From a virus (lineage: Duplodnaviria; Caudoviricetes): DNA of 38,101 nucleotides. A program made the position numbers and the translations under genes. The stretch is taken from positions 1-38,101 of IMG/VR virus record IMGVR_UViG_3300028326_000010; one strand, given 5' to 3'. Positions 37,404-38,101 of this stretch are shown here, piece by piece. Positions within the stretch are counted from its first letter, which is position 1; the number at the start of each line of letters is the position of its first letter. The notes beneath the pieces were generated by a model. It was not told the DNA's origin. It was given only the letters and a program-made list of their open reading frames with translations, and did no database searches.

Positions 37404-37859
37404 ATGGCCAGGCGATTCGATTCCCTCGTTTCCGTGCTCCATGAGGACGTGCTTGATGCGCAGACCGCCAAAACGCCGAAGCAGATTGCCGAGGATTTGG
37501 GGTTCAACCGCTACACCACCTTCATGAACCAGCTCGAACAGCAGGAAGGCTTCAAACTCGATGCGAACATGATTCTGCCGCTCATGCGTCAGACGGGGTC
37601 GCTCCGTCCGCTGCATTATCTGGCGGATCGCATGGGCTGCGTGGTGATCGAGCTGCCCAAGAATGTGGCCCCGTCCCTGGAATCCCTGTCCATGCAGGCG
37701 CTGCAAGCGGTGAAGGAGATGGGTGACGTCATGGGCGCATTCCGCGACGCCATTGCCGACGGCTCCATAACCAGCCCGGAAAAGGCATGGCTTCGCCGGC
37801 AGATTTACGAGGCGTTGATGGCGTTGATGGTGTTTTCGCAGTCGCTGGAGGTTGCTTAA
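37404..37859 (+). CDS. Phage regulatory CII-like (CP76-type) protein
   Basis: GAGG RBS; KQIAEDLG..., PLHYLA, AIADGSIT..EK. Confidence 0.8.
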   Translation: MARRFDSLVSVLHEDVLDAQTAKTPKQIAEDLGFNRYTTFMNQLEQQEGFKLDANMILPLMRQTGSLRPLHYLADRMGCVVIELPKNVAPSLESLSMQALQAVKEMGDVMGAFRDAIADGSITSPEKAWLRRQIYEALMALMVFSQSLEVA

Positions 37860-37861
37860 CC

Positions 37862-38101
37862 ATGTGTCGCGGCTTGGCCAGGGAGGCCAGGGATATCTCG
37901 GGACGCGGTCGGCCCTCCGCGTCTCGGGCCAGGGGCGGGTCCATCCTCCGCCTGTCCCCTGGCGAGGCCGCGAAGCACTCCCTCCACGACCTCGGCGGGC
38001 GGCCGGTCCCCAGCGGCCATGCGTCCGGGCGGGAAACTCCCCTTGCTCCCCGCCCGGCGCGGCCCGCAGGCACGCGCTACGTCAACGCCGGCCGCGATCC
38101 G
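37862..38101 (+). CDS. Possible hypothetical protein running off the window end
   Basis: ATG 3 nt after the cII-like stop and frame open to the end, but low-complexity GC-rich sequence. Confidence 0.3.
   Translation, partial: MCRGLAREARDISGRGRPSASRARGGSILRLSPGEAAKHSLHDLGGRPVPSGHASGRETPLAPRPARPAGTRYVNAGRDP

Larger units (their letters stand above)
1..38101. mobile_element. Temperate siphovirus-type phage/prophage (both ends lie outside the window)
   Basis: Continuous run of terminase, portal, capsid, lysis, tail, tape measure, fibre and cI/cro/cII-like genes; no host genes or att sites seen. Confidence 0.95.

Noticed and set aside
37396-37406. GAAAATCTATG resembling the 3983 repeats (also near 30983)
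   Set aside because: Single copies that coincide with RBS-to-ATG spacers; likely chance

Overview
The whole window is a GC-rich temperate tailed phage or prophage of siphovirus type (no tail sheath gene is visible), and no host genes are recognisable. On the + strand it carries small early/middle genes, lambda-like terminase subunits, a small winged-HTH gene, a phased AAATCTA repeat region, gpW-like and portal genes, a protease-capsid fusion, DUF2190, a GH108 endolysin/holin cassette, neck and tail-tube genes, a tail chaperone with a -1 frameshift signal, a 1430-aa tape measure, and about 10.7 kb of elaborate tail-tip/fibre genes with internal paralogs, Arg/Trp repeats and AT-rich swapped domains. 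After a terminator comes a separately promoted 8-gene operon (27677-34451): a Zn-finger/HARP-like protein, an SNF2 helicase, a DUF3440/PAPS-reductase (IbrA/YbdN-like) protein, a GNAT-like protein, a ParB/Srx (IbrB/YbdM-like) protein and an HTH protein. This operon is the best candidate for an undescribed DNA-modification or anti-defence system. It converges on a - strand group (secreted protein, membrane protein, SWIM-TPR protein, cI-like repressor), followed by cro- and cII-like genes. No integrase is present in the window. All family calls come from motif recognition by eye, not from database searches.
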